From Octopus sinensis (Eukaryota): DNA of 64,000 nucleotides. A model generated the notes under the pieces. The model saw only the letters and a list, made by a program, of their open reading frames with translations. It was not told the DNA's origin and ran no database searches. Of the stretch, positions 40,218-52,444 are shown in pieces. The stretch is from contig NC_042997.1 in the NCBI RefSeq assembly GCF_006345805.1, positions 57,846,001-57,910,000 of the forward strand. The letters run 5' to 3'. Numbering within the stretch: the stretch's first letter is position 1; every line of letters begins with the position of its first letter. Made by a program: the position numbers and the translations under genes.

Positions 40218-40797
40218 CACATAAGAAAATAGTAAAGTGTGAAAAAACGACAGAAGGCTTAAATGTTAAAAAATATATATATTTGTGTCAAAATGTCTGT
40301 AGAATATTGGAAAAATTTTTTTTCCCTTTCCTTAAAATGACATAATTTAAAAAATTTTTAAAGAAATTACCGGTTTCGCGTGTAGCTTTTCAAATTTCTT
40401 GTGACGTTATGTTTATATTGCATGGAATTATCGTTGTTTTTATTTCCAGGAGATTTCTAAATAAGGGGAGGTAGTGAGTGATTTTTTCCGGTGTAGGGGA
40501 GATAATCGCTTACAAATTTTTTTTCCCTTTTCCTTGTTAATTTCTCTGTGTCAGTATGTTCGGATGGTTGAGTCTGGGTTTGTACTTTTCAATGAAGAAT
40601 GTTTCCTTGTTCAGTCTCATTTGTGTTGATGATCCGAAAGCACATTGGTAAAATGGGAAGATTTTTAAATTATGTCATTTTAAGGAAAGGGGAAAAAAAT
40701 TTTTTCCAATATTCTACAGACATTTTGACACAAATATATATATTTTTTAACATTTAAGCCTTCTGTCGTTTTTTCACACTTTACTATTTTCTTATAT
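40218..40797. repeat. Inverted-repeat element with ~140-bp arms and a ~300-bp spacer
   Basis: ATAAGAAAATAGTAAAGTGTGAAAAAACGACAGAAGGCTTAAATG...AAAATGACATAATTTAAAAA (40220-40355) is the reverse complement of 40660-40797. Confidence 0.88.
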
Positions 40798-40863
40798 ATT
40801 CACCCACGTGCTTTACCAAACAAACTTTCTTATCTATATATACATATATATACATACATACAT

Positions 40864-41090
40864 ATCATCATCATCATCATCATCATTTAGCGTCCGCTTT
40901 CCATGCTAGCATGGGTTGAACGGTTCAACTGGGGTCTGTGAAGCCAGAAGGCTGCATCAGGCCCAGTCTGATCTGGCAGTGTTTCTACGGCTGGATGCCC
41001 TTCCTAACGCCAACCACTCCGTGAGTGTAGTGGGTGCTTTTTACGTGCCACCGGCACTGGTAACTCAGCTGCAATTTCCATTGATCGATA
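40864..41090 (-). mobile_element. Short young RTE copy (3' end)
   Basis: Matches 30105-30140 joined directly to 30290-30475 of the long RTE; (CAT)n tail. Confidence 0.85.
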
Positions 41091-41201
41091 TATATATATA
41101 GTTAATCCAAACATGAAAACACAAAGAGAGAACACAACAATGCGAGGACGTGGAACAAATATAGTATTATTGGATGCTCAGGAAGGAAGAGAAGAAGGAG
41201 G

Positions 41202-41236
41202 GTTTAACGTTTCGAGCGGAGCTCTTCGTCAGAAAC
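41202..41236 (-). ncRNA. Minimal type I hammerhead-like motif (Penelope-associated type)
   Basis: Minus strand GTTT-CTGACGA-A-GAGC-TCC-GCTC-GAA-ACGT-T-AAAC, inside a ~200-bp element (41101-41300) flanked by (TA)n. Confidence 0.7.
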
Positions 41237-41296
41237 ATAGGAGAAAAGATCCAGAGAAGGGAAGACAGAGGAAAAAAAATCGCCAATGGTACACAC

Positions 41297-41331
<35 letters not shown>

Positions 41332-42782
41332 TAATACATATGCATAGCTATGTGGTAAGTTTGCTTTGCTGCCACATGGTTCCAGGTACAGTCCCACTGC
41401 ATGACACCTTGGGCAAGTGTCTTCTACTATAGCCCTGGGCTGACCAAAGCCTTGAGAGTGGATTTGGTAAATGGAAACTGAAAGAATACCTTTGTATGCA
41501 TGTATACACAAACAGACACATACATGCTTATCTATGTGTTTGTGTCTGTGTTTGTCCACCACCACTTAACAACCAGTGTTGGTGTGTTTATGTTCCCATA
41601 ACTTAGCAGTTCAGCAAAGAAAAATTTTAGGTGAACGAATCAACCTTGGTACTTTTTTAAAGCCTGGCCACAGTCTAATGACTGGAACAAGTAAAGAATA
41701 AAAGATATATATATATATATATATATATATAACTCCAAGAACATTAGGGGTTGTGAGTCCAACCCATTAAGGGATAATATCTATCCAATATACTATTGGT
41801 AGAATACCCAATTATTAATACACAAGTGTTTTTTATTGCATTGCAATTAACTTACCTAGTGTATTAAATGGGTGAAGGTAAAGAGATATTTTACCATTAA
41901 TTTATATTGCAAATAAGAAAATGGAGGAGAACAATAGTTGGTTCATCAACTTTAGGACATTAAAAATGTTAACTTATTTATTTATTAAACTGATAATTAT
42001 AATAACAACATACATACATATAGCATATTATTCAATGCATATAAAGTAGGGATACAAGTAATTATTAAAAAACATGAATCTAAATTAGTAAAATAACTTA
42101 CAGCTGTTTCAGCCCATAGATAAAAGTATCTCATTCTGCCTATATTAGTCAAGTGTATTGAGGTAATAGGCAGTTGAAAATGAGGTACTTGTATATATCT
42201 CTATTATAGGAAAGAGATGTCAATTATTCAATATGATCAAAAACTTTTCAGTTGCAATTTTTAAAACTTACTAAATGTCTACCTTTAGACATCAAAGCAA
42301 TACAGGAAGATTCCTCTATAATTTCTTTTACAATATAAAAACTGTTGTGAAATCTGAAAATAGAATATTACCATTTTATATAATGATCTGCCAATTATAT
42401 ATGTAGGTATTAAATAGCAGGCTGGCAGAATTGTTAGTGGATCAAAGAAAATGCTTCCAGTTCTTTATGCTCTGTGTTCAATTCTTGCCGAAGTTAACTT
42501 TACTTTTCATCTTTTTGGAATCAATAAAATAAAGTACCATTCAAGTACCGAAGTTGATGTAATTACCTTGCCACCTTCCCTCAAAACTGCTGGCCTTGTG
42601 CCAAAATTAGAAATAATTGTCTGTGGGCATATGTGGTCTGACAAGCAATCAGTCTGATAAGCAGATAAGACTTTCATTGTGACTTTTCTGTTTCAGGATG
42701 CAATCAGTTAACCTGCCAAAATATGGGTCAAGTTCTCTATTCATATAGCTTCATTTATTCTGCTAATGTAAGAAGAGTCATA

Positions 42783-43187
42783 GGCGCAGGAGTGGCTGTG
42801 TGGTAAGTAGCTTGCTAACCAGCCACATGGTTCCGGGTTCAGTCCCACTGCGTGGCATCTTGGGCGAGTGTCTTCTGCTATAGCCCCGGGCCAACCAATG
42901 CCTTGTGAGTGGATTTGGTAGACGGAAACTGAAAGAAGCCTGTCGTATATATGTATATATATATATGTGTGTGTGTTTGTGTGTCTGTGTTTGTCCCCCT
43001 AGCATTGCTTGACAACCGATGCTGGTGTGTTTACGTCCCCGTTACTTAGCGGTTCGGCAAAAAAGAGACCGATAGAATAAGTACTGGGCTTACAAAGAAT
43101 AAGTCCCGGGGTCGATTTGCTCGACTAAAGGTGGTGCTCCAGCATGGCCGCAGTCAAATGACTGAAACAAGTAAAAGAGTAAAGAGA
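42783..43187 (+). mobile_element. Full-length young tRNA-derived SINE with internal (TA)(TG) microsatellite
   Basis: Head GGCGCAGGAGTGGCTGTGTGGTAAG (A box) and GGTTCAGTCCC (B box), CTTGGGCGAGTG core, tail GTAAAAGAGTAAAGAG. Other copies or fragments at ~10440-10790, 14975-15270, 41345-41705, 43670-43925, 53930-54080 and 60310-60697. Confidence 0.9.
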
Positions 43188-46100
43188 GTCAGTTAATGTG
43201 TCATTGACAGAAAGAATATCAAATAGTTGTCCCGTTGTTGTTCTATTTAACTCTTGATCCAGAGAATTCTGTCTGGAACAAACAGTTGAAATTCTATAGT
43301 TACAACTAAGGAGACTTGTGAACTATGTAATCTCCATGTGTAAAACAAGTGATGGAGAGAAAGGCTTTTGACTTCTAATAGTTAAGTTAGTATTAACATA
43401 TTCAAAGCAGAGAGCATTAAAAAGCCCACAAGATATAATTATATGGCAAGGAAAAAACAATGTGAATAAAAAATCATTAAAATATTAAAATTTTCTTTTT
43501 GGCAAGGACAGAAGACAACTATAAGCATGTTTTGACATTATGACTCCTTAGTGAATGGTTACCATTTTCTAAGAAATTGTCAATACTTAACTATTTTTTT
43601 TATGTAGATGGTATCTCTGAGTTTGGTAGCTTCTCAGATGATGCAAGGTTTTAAATATATATATATATATATTTTTTATTTGTTTCATTCATTTGATTGT
43701 GGCCATGCTGGAGCACCACTTTTAGTTAAACAAATTACCCCCAGAACTTATTCTTTGTAAGCCTAGTACTTATTCTATCGATCTTTTTGCCGAACCGCTG
43801 GATTATGAGGACATAAGCACATCAACATCGGTGTCAAGCAATGGTGGTGGTGGTGGTGAGGAGGGAGACAAGCACAGTCACACAAATACATACATATATA
43901 TATACATGACAGACTTCTTTCAGTTTCTTTTACATCTCAAGCACAGATTTTTAAATTTATTTTTTCTAACTAAACACTTTGAAACTTCGGATACTGGTTG
44001 AATGTGTCGTGTAGAACAGGATTTGCTCTCAACGTTTTTGACAAAATTTTGTATTTTAGAAGTTATTTCATGTTAAAAAGTTGTTGCATTTGAGTAATTT
44101 TAACAAATCAATCACATGTATTCAGCTGAAGAAAGGATTGCTATTATTGTTGTTGTTGTTACTGATGTGGATATTGTTGTATTTTGAGGAGAGTAGACGC
44201 ATTCAGATGTATGGGAGAGTCGATTATTGCGTTTGTACTTAATCAAAAGGGAAAAAAAACTCATTTGTGGTGAATTTATTAAACTTTGGAATATTTGAAC
44301 CTCCACCTGTTTTTCTTTGGGATGGAAAATAAGTTTTGTTTTTGGACACTTGTTTGTTCTATTTTGTTAACATTTGCTTACTTGCCTAACAGCATGTCTA
44401 GCAAATATGCCCCAAGTATTTTGAATAGGTTTTAGAACATTTTGTAAATACAAACATGAATTTAAAAAATAGGAAAGAAAATAATAACACTTGAATAAGC
44501 AAATACACATATTTACATGATACTGAAAAAAATTAGTGACAATTTTATGAACAGCAATTGACAATGAAAGCGGTAACAAAGGCGGGAGACAGAGAGAGAG
44601 AGAGAGAGAAGAATGTGAGATAAGTATGTCAAAATTTTCTGTCACCTTGTCTCATATCTTGAAAGGTCAACAAGAAAAGTGACATACCTATTAAAAAGCG
44701 GATTTTTTACAGAATGTCCTCAAAAGAACACATGTAAGAAGCTCTGGCTGGTGTATAGAATATTGTGGTTTCCATAGCTTGCCTGATCTTCAAGAAAGAG
44801 CATGAATTGAAGTAACAGGCTACTTTTGATGCACCAAACACACCTACAAGCAACTTTTTGCTGCAATATATATGATGGTGGAACACAAGAGTCACAGCCT
44901 GAGAAATTGCTGGTGATATTGACCTTTGGTTCATCATCATATTTGCAAGTAGTACAGGCAGACTTTGAGTGCCAAGCTGAGTAAGCAAAATCAATATGCA
45001 GTCAGCTGGTGTCTGCATAGATATGCAGGTCCTGATGACCTCTGGAAACCATTAAACCATGCCAGAGCAGCACTCCATTGTGGGTACAAAAAGGGAACCC
45101 ATTACAACTGATGGTGCAGAACAAAAAGACTAGTTGTTGCACTTATGGAAATAGGTGTCACTCAAGGGCTTTCTGTTCTGAGAAATTGGAAAGGGAGAGA
45201 AGGAAAGAGAGAGGTGGATAGTAAAAGGGTCAGGAATAACATCAGAATCAAGAAACAGCTGTTTCAAGAAAACCATGGTACCAGCTTTAAAGATGATTGA
45301 AATTAATTACCAGCAGCTAATGACTATGAAGTAAAAGGTCCAGCTCTCTGTAGTACCACCCCTTCACCTTCTAATGATGAGAAGCAAATGGAGACATGGA
45401 GTGGAAAGCTGTGCTTGACTAAAAATAGAAAAATGAGCGCATAAACAATAAAAATATACCAAATTAAAATTGCCAAACCATCTCAGAGGCTGGGCTCCTC
45501 TCTCTGAGGGAGAGAACGAAAAAGTGGGAGAGAAAGAGATAGAGAGGTTCCCTCTGAAGACATTCTCAGAGGTTAAAGAAAGAGAATTTTTGGCAACTGC
45601 TCTGTGTGTCCATGCCTTAAGAGGGCAGTGACCTTAGCATTATTTCCCGTTTAAGAGAACTTGGAAAAGCAATAGCTTCTTCTAAAAACAAAACTTAGAA
45701 TAATCTCTCATTATACAATTCTTAGAACATTAATCAATATATCCATTTATCGTGAAGCATTCTTTGTAGTTTTAAGTGGAGCGGGAAAATTGGAAGAGAG
45801 AGAGAGAGAGAGAGAGAGGGTAGCGTGGAAGAAAGAGAAAGAGAAAGTGAGAAGTGGAGACAGAAACATAGAGAGAGATAAAAGTAAAGAAAGCATGAGA
45901 ACAGATATAACTAGATAGTGGGAGAGAGAGAGAGAGAATAGAGAAAGACAGTGGAGGAGAGAGAAGGAAATACTAATAAAAAAGTAAGCTAGAAAATGTG
46001 GTGAAGGGAAAGAATATGGATAAAAGTTTTGATCGTTTTTTATTGGTGAAAAAAAAATTCTGAATAGAGTTTTTTTAAACAAACTCCCTTTACTGAGATT

Positions 46101-46578
46101 GACCTAAAAATGTAAAGATAACTGGAAGTTCACAGCGACTGAAAGCCGACTTGATGTTTACCCAGTGCTATATAGGTAATGCAACTCACAAAAAAAGCTA
46201 TTTATACCACAAGAATAAAATCAATAAACACACAGACACAAGCATGCACACTACCAAAGATATGCCCCCATGTACACATCCACATATGTATGCATGCATA
46301 AAATCTCACTAACATATCCATACATTTGTATATATCTTTGTATCTGTTTTTCTGTCTGACACTCTCCACCTACCTCTCTCTCTATATATAATACAATGTA
46401 CACGTTGAAATTATGAACTAAAGAAGGAGTACTCAATATCGGTTGGTAGAATGCAAATAATTTACGCATCTGAAGACTTATAAATTAATTTATGTCCACA
46501 CATGCGTGGGTGCACTCATTTCCTTCTCTTTTTCTCTTTTCACACATGTATTTAAACATACATACATACATACATGCA

Positions 46579-46624
<46 letters not shown>

Positions 46625-47481
46625 CATATATACATATATATATATATGTATGTATGTATATATAGATAGATAAATAAATACTTGGAAATGGATGCGTGGC
46701 GTTCAATCATATAATAATATAAATATATATATATATGCATATATACATACATACATGTACAAACTTACATATATATGTATATACACAGGCATGTATGAGT
46801 AAAGGACGTCAAAAAAACAGAAACAACATGAAAAACGAGAACATGAAATACAAAAACATGGAAAACGAACTTTTTTTGCGAACAGGGAAAGGAACAAATA
46901 GAAAAAGAAGACAGGCAACATAAAGAACAATCCCTTCATCAGTTGTCCACTGCTTTATCTACTCCGCATTTCGAGCATTAGGACAAGATGCATCTTCGTC
47001 AAAACAGTCACTCCTGCAAAGCAAATTAGATAAAATTTAGGATTTGCGGAAGGTCAAGGTTGATAACAAAAACAAGACAGTTAAAACAAATGGTAAGGGT
47101 TGTTAAGCGATAATGAGGTGTAATGGTGAACGCTGGACAAACAAGTCTTGACAGGAGACAGGCAAAAATGTGTGCTATCCCTTATAGCTTAATGAGAAGA
47201 AAGAAAGAAATTTGAGTTAGGAGAAGAAAGATGGCTGCTGGTCACATGTGAGCAATGAGAGAGTCAAGGAAGAGGAGGAGTGAGGGACAGATAGAGAATG
47301 GTGAAGGGGGAGGAGAATTAGAGAAAGGATGGGAAAGAAAGAAGGAAGAAGTTGTTTAGACCACAGAATACATATAGAAGGCAAAAGAGAACAGGAGTGT
47401 TTGTTTACACAATATTTTGTTACATCATATTACGCGCATTTCATTATCAATGAATAATATGTTACGTAAGAAAAATCGTAT

Positions 47482-47600
47482 AAAACCCTAAAACCCTAAC
47501 CCTAAAATCCTAATTCCAACCCTAAAACCCTAACCCTTACCCTAAAATCCTAACCCTAACCCTAATCCTAACCTTAAAACCTTAACCCTAACCCTAAAAC
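47482..47600. repeat. Interstitial telomere-like (CCCTAA / CCCTAAAA)n tract
   Basis: About 17 imperfect CCCTAA or CCCTAAAA units. Confidence 0.85.
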
Positions 47601-50600
47601 TGTAACCGTAAGTACAGAAATGTTATGAAATTTTTGTCCAAATCATGATGTCCCTATTTTTCTGCATATTTAGAAAAAAAAATTGTGAAAAAAGTTAAAT
47701 ATGAAGGAAATGGGAGTGGGTGGTGGGTGGTAATTTAGAAATGTTGATTTTTGCCAATTTTTTTGCAGATTTGTATTCCCTGTAGCCGAAAAGGGGGGTT
47801 TGTGTCGAAAAAAAAAGAAATTTTTTTAAAAGGGTGTTTTTTTTGGGGTGGTGGGGTGGAAGACTTTCCATTTTTTTTCATAATAGTGATTTCCATTTCT
47901 GTTTACGTGAAAGCGTAAATTTTTTTTAAAGATTTGGCTGTTATTTCTAGCATGTGGAGAGATCTTCTAGGCTTAACTTCATGTGTTGGTTCAAAATCAT
48001 TTTCAAAAATTCTGGGGTCAATACATTCAACTAAATATTCCTCAAGGTGGTGCCCCAGCATGGTCATAGTCTAATGAGTGCAATAAATTAAAAAAAATAT
48101 ATATAACCATGGGGCTTTTGGCCACTTTCACACTTTAACTATGGGGCTTTTGTCCAGACCCTGTATGCTATAGTAGTATTTAAAGTATGCAGGGCTATAT
48201 TATCCATTGTTATTGATGTTGTTTAGCCTCAGACCAACTCTGATTAGCAGGCCAATGATCAGATACATCCTAATGCTGACCATCACATCCTTTGTTGTTT
48301 CTAAGTATAGTGTATCCAGGACTACATTATCTTGTCTATCCCCCTTTTTTTGTAATGTTTTCTTTTTTTTAATAGATAGTAAGTATAATTTGAATGAAAT
48401 TTGGCTGCTATTTCTGATGGTCGTGCGACCACTTAGTGTCTCTTTTGTTTGCTAATGCACCAAATGTCCAGATACACACTTGCTAAATCACTGGCTACTA
48501 AACAAGTTGTCTATTATTCGCAGCTATCTCTTTTCTGGAATTTCTTGTTTAGCCTTCCCTTTCAATAAGCTGAAACAGTGAAATAAAATGTTCATAAATC
48601 AATATTTTTAATAGCAAGAGAGTGTCAATGAAGAAACTTTGGTGATATTGAATATAATTACTATAGTTCAAATTCGGCTGATGTCGACTTTGCTTTCTGT
48701 CCCAAGTTAACTAATGAATCAATTAAAGCAACAACCTCTTCCACTAAATGTTATTGTTTTTTTCTTTAGAAATAATTCTTTCTACTATAGGCACAGGGCT
48801 TGAAATTTTTTTTTGTTGGGGGGATGGGTCTTTATTTTATCGACCCCGAAATGACAAAAAGTTGACCTCGGCGGTATTTGAACTTAAAACGTAAAGAACT
48901 GGAAAAATGTCACTAGGCGTTTTTGTCTGACATGCTAACAATTCTGCCAGCAAATTCCACTGCCCAAAGTATTTTTTCTCACTGCTCCAAAGATTCTGCA
49001 AATCCAATGCTCTTAATTATGTTTTCTGATGTAGGCACAAAGCCAACAAATTTAGAGAAGAGATTATTCTGAGTGTTGTGAATATGTAGAATGCATGAAT
49101 TTACTTCTGGCATGCAATTAGAGACTGGAGACTGACAACTGGGAAAGACAATTTATCTTTGATGGTCTGGGTAATCCAAAATCTTGGGCTTCCTTGATTG
49201 TCTTTAGATGACACCTTGGTACAATGGTTCTCAACCAGAGTCCATATGACCCCTGGAAGTCCATTTAAGATTTTGTTCTTAAATTTTATGTGCAGTAAGT
49301 TGTTTATATATCTACAATGAACAAAATATTTTAAGAATTATAAATGTTGTTGTTCATCCATTGTTTGGATAATTCAGCTTGGTTCGTCGTTGGTTACATG
49401 GGCTCTGTTATATTAATTCTCATTGATGAAAAACTCTCACAATCTCTGACTCGTAAATAATTTGTGGCACCAATTTATGGAAAGAAGGAGGCCCCAGAAC
49501 ACATACAGGTTAGTTGTTTGAGAATATATTACGTGCAATGTAATTGAACCTTTGAGCCAATTCCCATGCAGCACTCAACTAAACACAAGACAGGACCCAA
49601 CAAATGTCCAAACACTCAAATGATAGGTATGTTGACCAATCACTATAGATTAACATGATAAGCCTATATAAATCGAAATGTTTTCAACATGCCATGACAG
49701 AAATTGGTCTCGCTACACATTGAATGACTATGATGTAAGTAAAAATGACTATGATCCAAGTAAAATAGGTATCAAAGGAGTCAACAGGCAAAAAATGGTT
49801 AGGAACCATTACCCTTGTGCAAGGCCAAAAAAAAAGTTTGTATAGGAATGTTTTTATTTTCATTTTTTAAAAACTTCTCATTTCATTTGTATATATACCC
49901 CCACAAGTTTTGTTAGCCATCCTTGTAATATTCCTGCATCCATTGCCCATGTGCCAATATGCAGAAGCAACAGAAATGCATCCATTAGCACCAACATAAA
50001 CAAAACAGCTTTATTTGCAAAAGTCAAAAGAACGTGGGTGGAATAATCAGTTGACGACAGCATAGAGTTCAGACAGAAAAGCCGGTAGAACATTGGTGAC
50101 AATGTCTTGTAGTATTGTTCCAGCTCATTTTGTACTTAGTTCAAATCCCACTGAGGTCAATTTCGTTTTTGTTTTTTTCATCTTTTCGGAGTCAATAACG
50201 TAGGACACCAGTCAAATCTTGGGGCTGGTGTAACTGACAAACTCTGCTCCCTCAAATTTCAAGCCTTATGCCTATGTCAGAATCAATTATTTTCTTGACA
50301 TTTAGAGAAAAAAAAAGTTGAAGAACTGTGTGTCGGGGAGGAGCATACAGTTTTTCCAGGTTCGACTAAAAATGACGGTCGGGATAATTGGATTGTTGTT
50401 GTAGTTGTTATTGACATTGTTTAGTGCAGTTCGGCCTTCACTGAGCAGATCTATGATCAAAGATATCCCAACCTTGACCATCCTGTCTTTTTGTTCTCGA
50501 ACATGGTCCAACATATTTCCTGTTTTAAAACAGTAAGGGTGAGATTTGAGAGGATTTGTTTTGCTATTTCTAGCACATATAACGACCAAGTAAATGCACA

Positions 50601-50686
50601 TTTAGTGGTTAGATTGTTATGTTTGTTATTGTTGTTCTTTAGCCTCCAAAGGTAATTGAGCCATGGCCATCATTTCTTATATAAGA

Positions 50687-51086
50687 CTAGCAGCATAGCC
50701 CGGCGTTGCCCGGGTATGTAAGAGCCCCTAGTAGGCAACGACTAATCCCAATCTAGTTCTTTCCCTCTAGGGAACGAAGGCGCATGTGTAGGTTGCAATG
50801 TCTTCTCTTCACTCGAATACTTCTATGTATACGATGTTCCTAGCTGTCTCCCAACAGAAAATGTGTTGCATATAAAAAGCTTAGATTCTCAACCCCATGT
50901 CGAATTTATCGATTTTTTTCAGAACTGGGGGAACTTTTCAAAATTTTTGCTGCGTTAGTTTTGAATTATGACATTGGGCTATGTGTGTGTCAAGTTTCAT
51001 CAGAATCGGTTGAAAGCCGTGGTCAGGGTGACGGTACAACCTGACAGCCACACAGACAGACAAACTGCCGTTTATATATATAGAGA
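50687..51086 (-). mobile_element. Intact non-autonomous Helitron (400 bp)
   Basis: Minus strand A|TCTCTATATATATAAACGG...CCCGGGCAACGCCGGG (hairpin) CTATGCTG CTAG|T; no TSD. Confidence 0.9.
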
Positions 51087-51229
51087 TAACATTATCCAAC
51101 ATCATCTTCCTGTTTTTAAGACGGAAGTGTGTGATCTGATGGAGAATTTTGGCTGCTCTTTCTGATAGGCTGAGCGGCCCACTAGATGCTTCCTCCTTGG
51201 CTAGTTGATTGGTAACGGTAGAAGTGAAT

Positions 51230-51395
51230 GCTGATGGTGATGGTAGTAGTGGTGATGGTGATGATGATGGTGGCAATGATGATGATAATGATGATGATAG
51301 TGGTGGTGATGATTTTAGTGATGGTGATGATGGTGATAATGATGATGGTAAAGGTGGAGGTGGTGGTGATGATGATGATGATGATGATGATGATT
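51230..51395. repeat. (GAT/GGT)n trinucleotide repeat
   Basis: Imperfect GAT/GGT run, followed by a (GA)n tract at 51523-51615. Confidence 0.9.
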
Positions 51396-51532
51396 TAGAC
51401 AGATGGCAACAATGAATAATTTAAAAGTAGATCGTTAAACTTGAGAGTGATGTTCATGTTCTGATTGTTATTAATAGATTGTTAATATAATGATGGACAG
51501 ACAAGCAGTAGTTAAGCCAGTTAAGAGAGAGA

Positions 51533-51570
<38 letters not shown>

Positions 51571-52123
51571 AAAGAGATAGGGGGAGAGAGAGTAAAAGAG
51601 AGAGAGTGAGAGAGACATTGTGAAAATTGTTTTAGATTTGGAATATTGATTGCATTTAAGTCAGTAAAGTGGGGGAAAAAATGCTCTTATTTCCTTCCAT
51701 CATGACACTCAAGTGGCCTTTAGCATTAGAAACAAAACCTATTCGGAAACCAAATGCTGTTATTGATTTCCTTGTTATGGTACAAATCCTGATCCATTGT
51801 CTGGTTTAAACACTGCCCTGGCTGTGAGTGTTGTCTATTTAGTCTGTTGAAAAAATTCAGACAGTAGCATGGTTAAAGAGGATGCCGGTCAGTCCAACTC
51901 AAGTGGGATGGCACTTTAAATACCTTATCTTTTTACGTATTTCAGTCCTTCAACTGCTACCATGCTGGGGAACCGCCTTGAAGGATTTAGTCGCACTAAT
52001 CACCTCTAGTACTTATTCAATTTGGTCTCCTTTTGCTGAACCACTGACTTATGGGGACGTAAGTAAATCAACACTGGTTGTCATACAGAGGTGAGGGACA
52101 AACACAAACAGAGGCTCACATAT

Positions 52124-52168
<45 letters not shown>

Positions 52169-52170
52169 TA

Positions 52171-52387
52171 CGAGGGGGTGCTAATAAGTTCCTGGCCTTG
52201 GGTAAAAAGAAATACAGGAGGATCAGTTAATTATGATTTTATACAACATAATCCCCTCTCTGATTCACACATTTATTGCAGCTGTCTTTCAGTTTTTCTA
52301 AGCCCTGTAAAAGAATTCGAAAGGTTGGGCCTCTAACTAGACCTTTCACGATATCCTTAAAGCTAGGAACTTTTCAGCACTCCCTTA
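52171..52387. mobile_element. Tc1/mariner-derived MITE
   Basis: TIRs CGAGGGGGTGCTAATAAGTTCCTGGC and GCTAGGAACTTTTCAGCACTCCCTTA, with TA on both sides. Confidence 0.85.
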
Positions 52388-52444
52388 TATACAAACATAG
52401 ATGTATGTATGTATGTATGTATGTATGTATGTATGTATGTATGT

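Noticed and set aside
40622-40645. TTGATGA-TCC-GAAAG hammerhead-like string
   Set aside because: C3 is missing, there is no stem II and no stem III.
42783-42860. tRNA-like sequence (also at 2701, 26995 and 34265)
   Set aside because: These are SINE heads: A/B boxes are present, but no complete cloverleaf is evident and they continue into repeat bodies.
45030-45060. CTGATGA-CCTCTG-GAAAC motif
   Set aside because: Stem II and stem I do not pair.
44700-45470. Less AT-rich stretch with decayed Zn-knuckle or RT-like hints
   Set aside because: Multiple stops in every frame and no unambiguous motif; probably an old TE, but the family cannot be supported.
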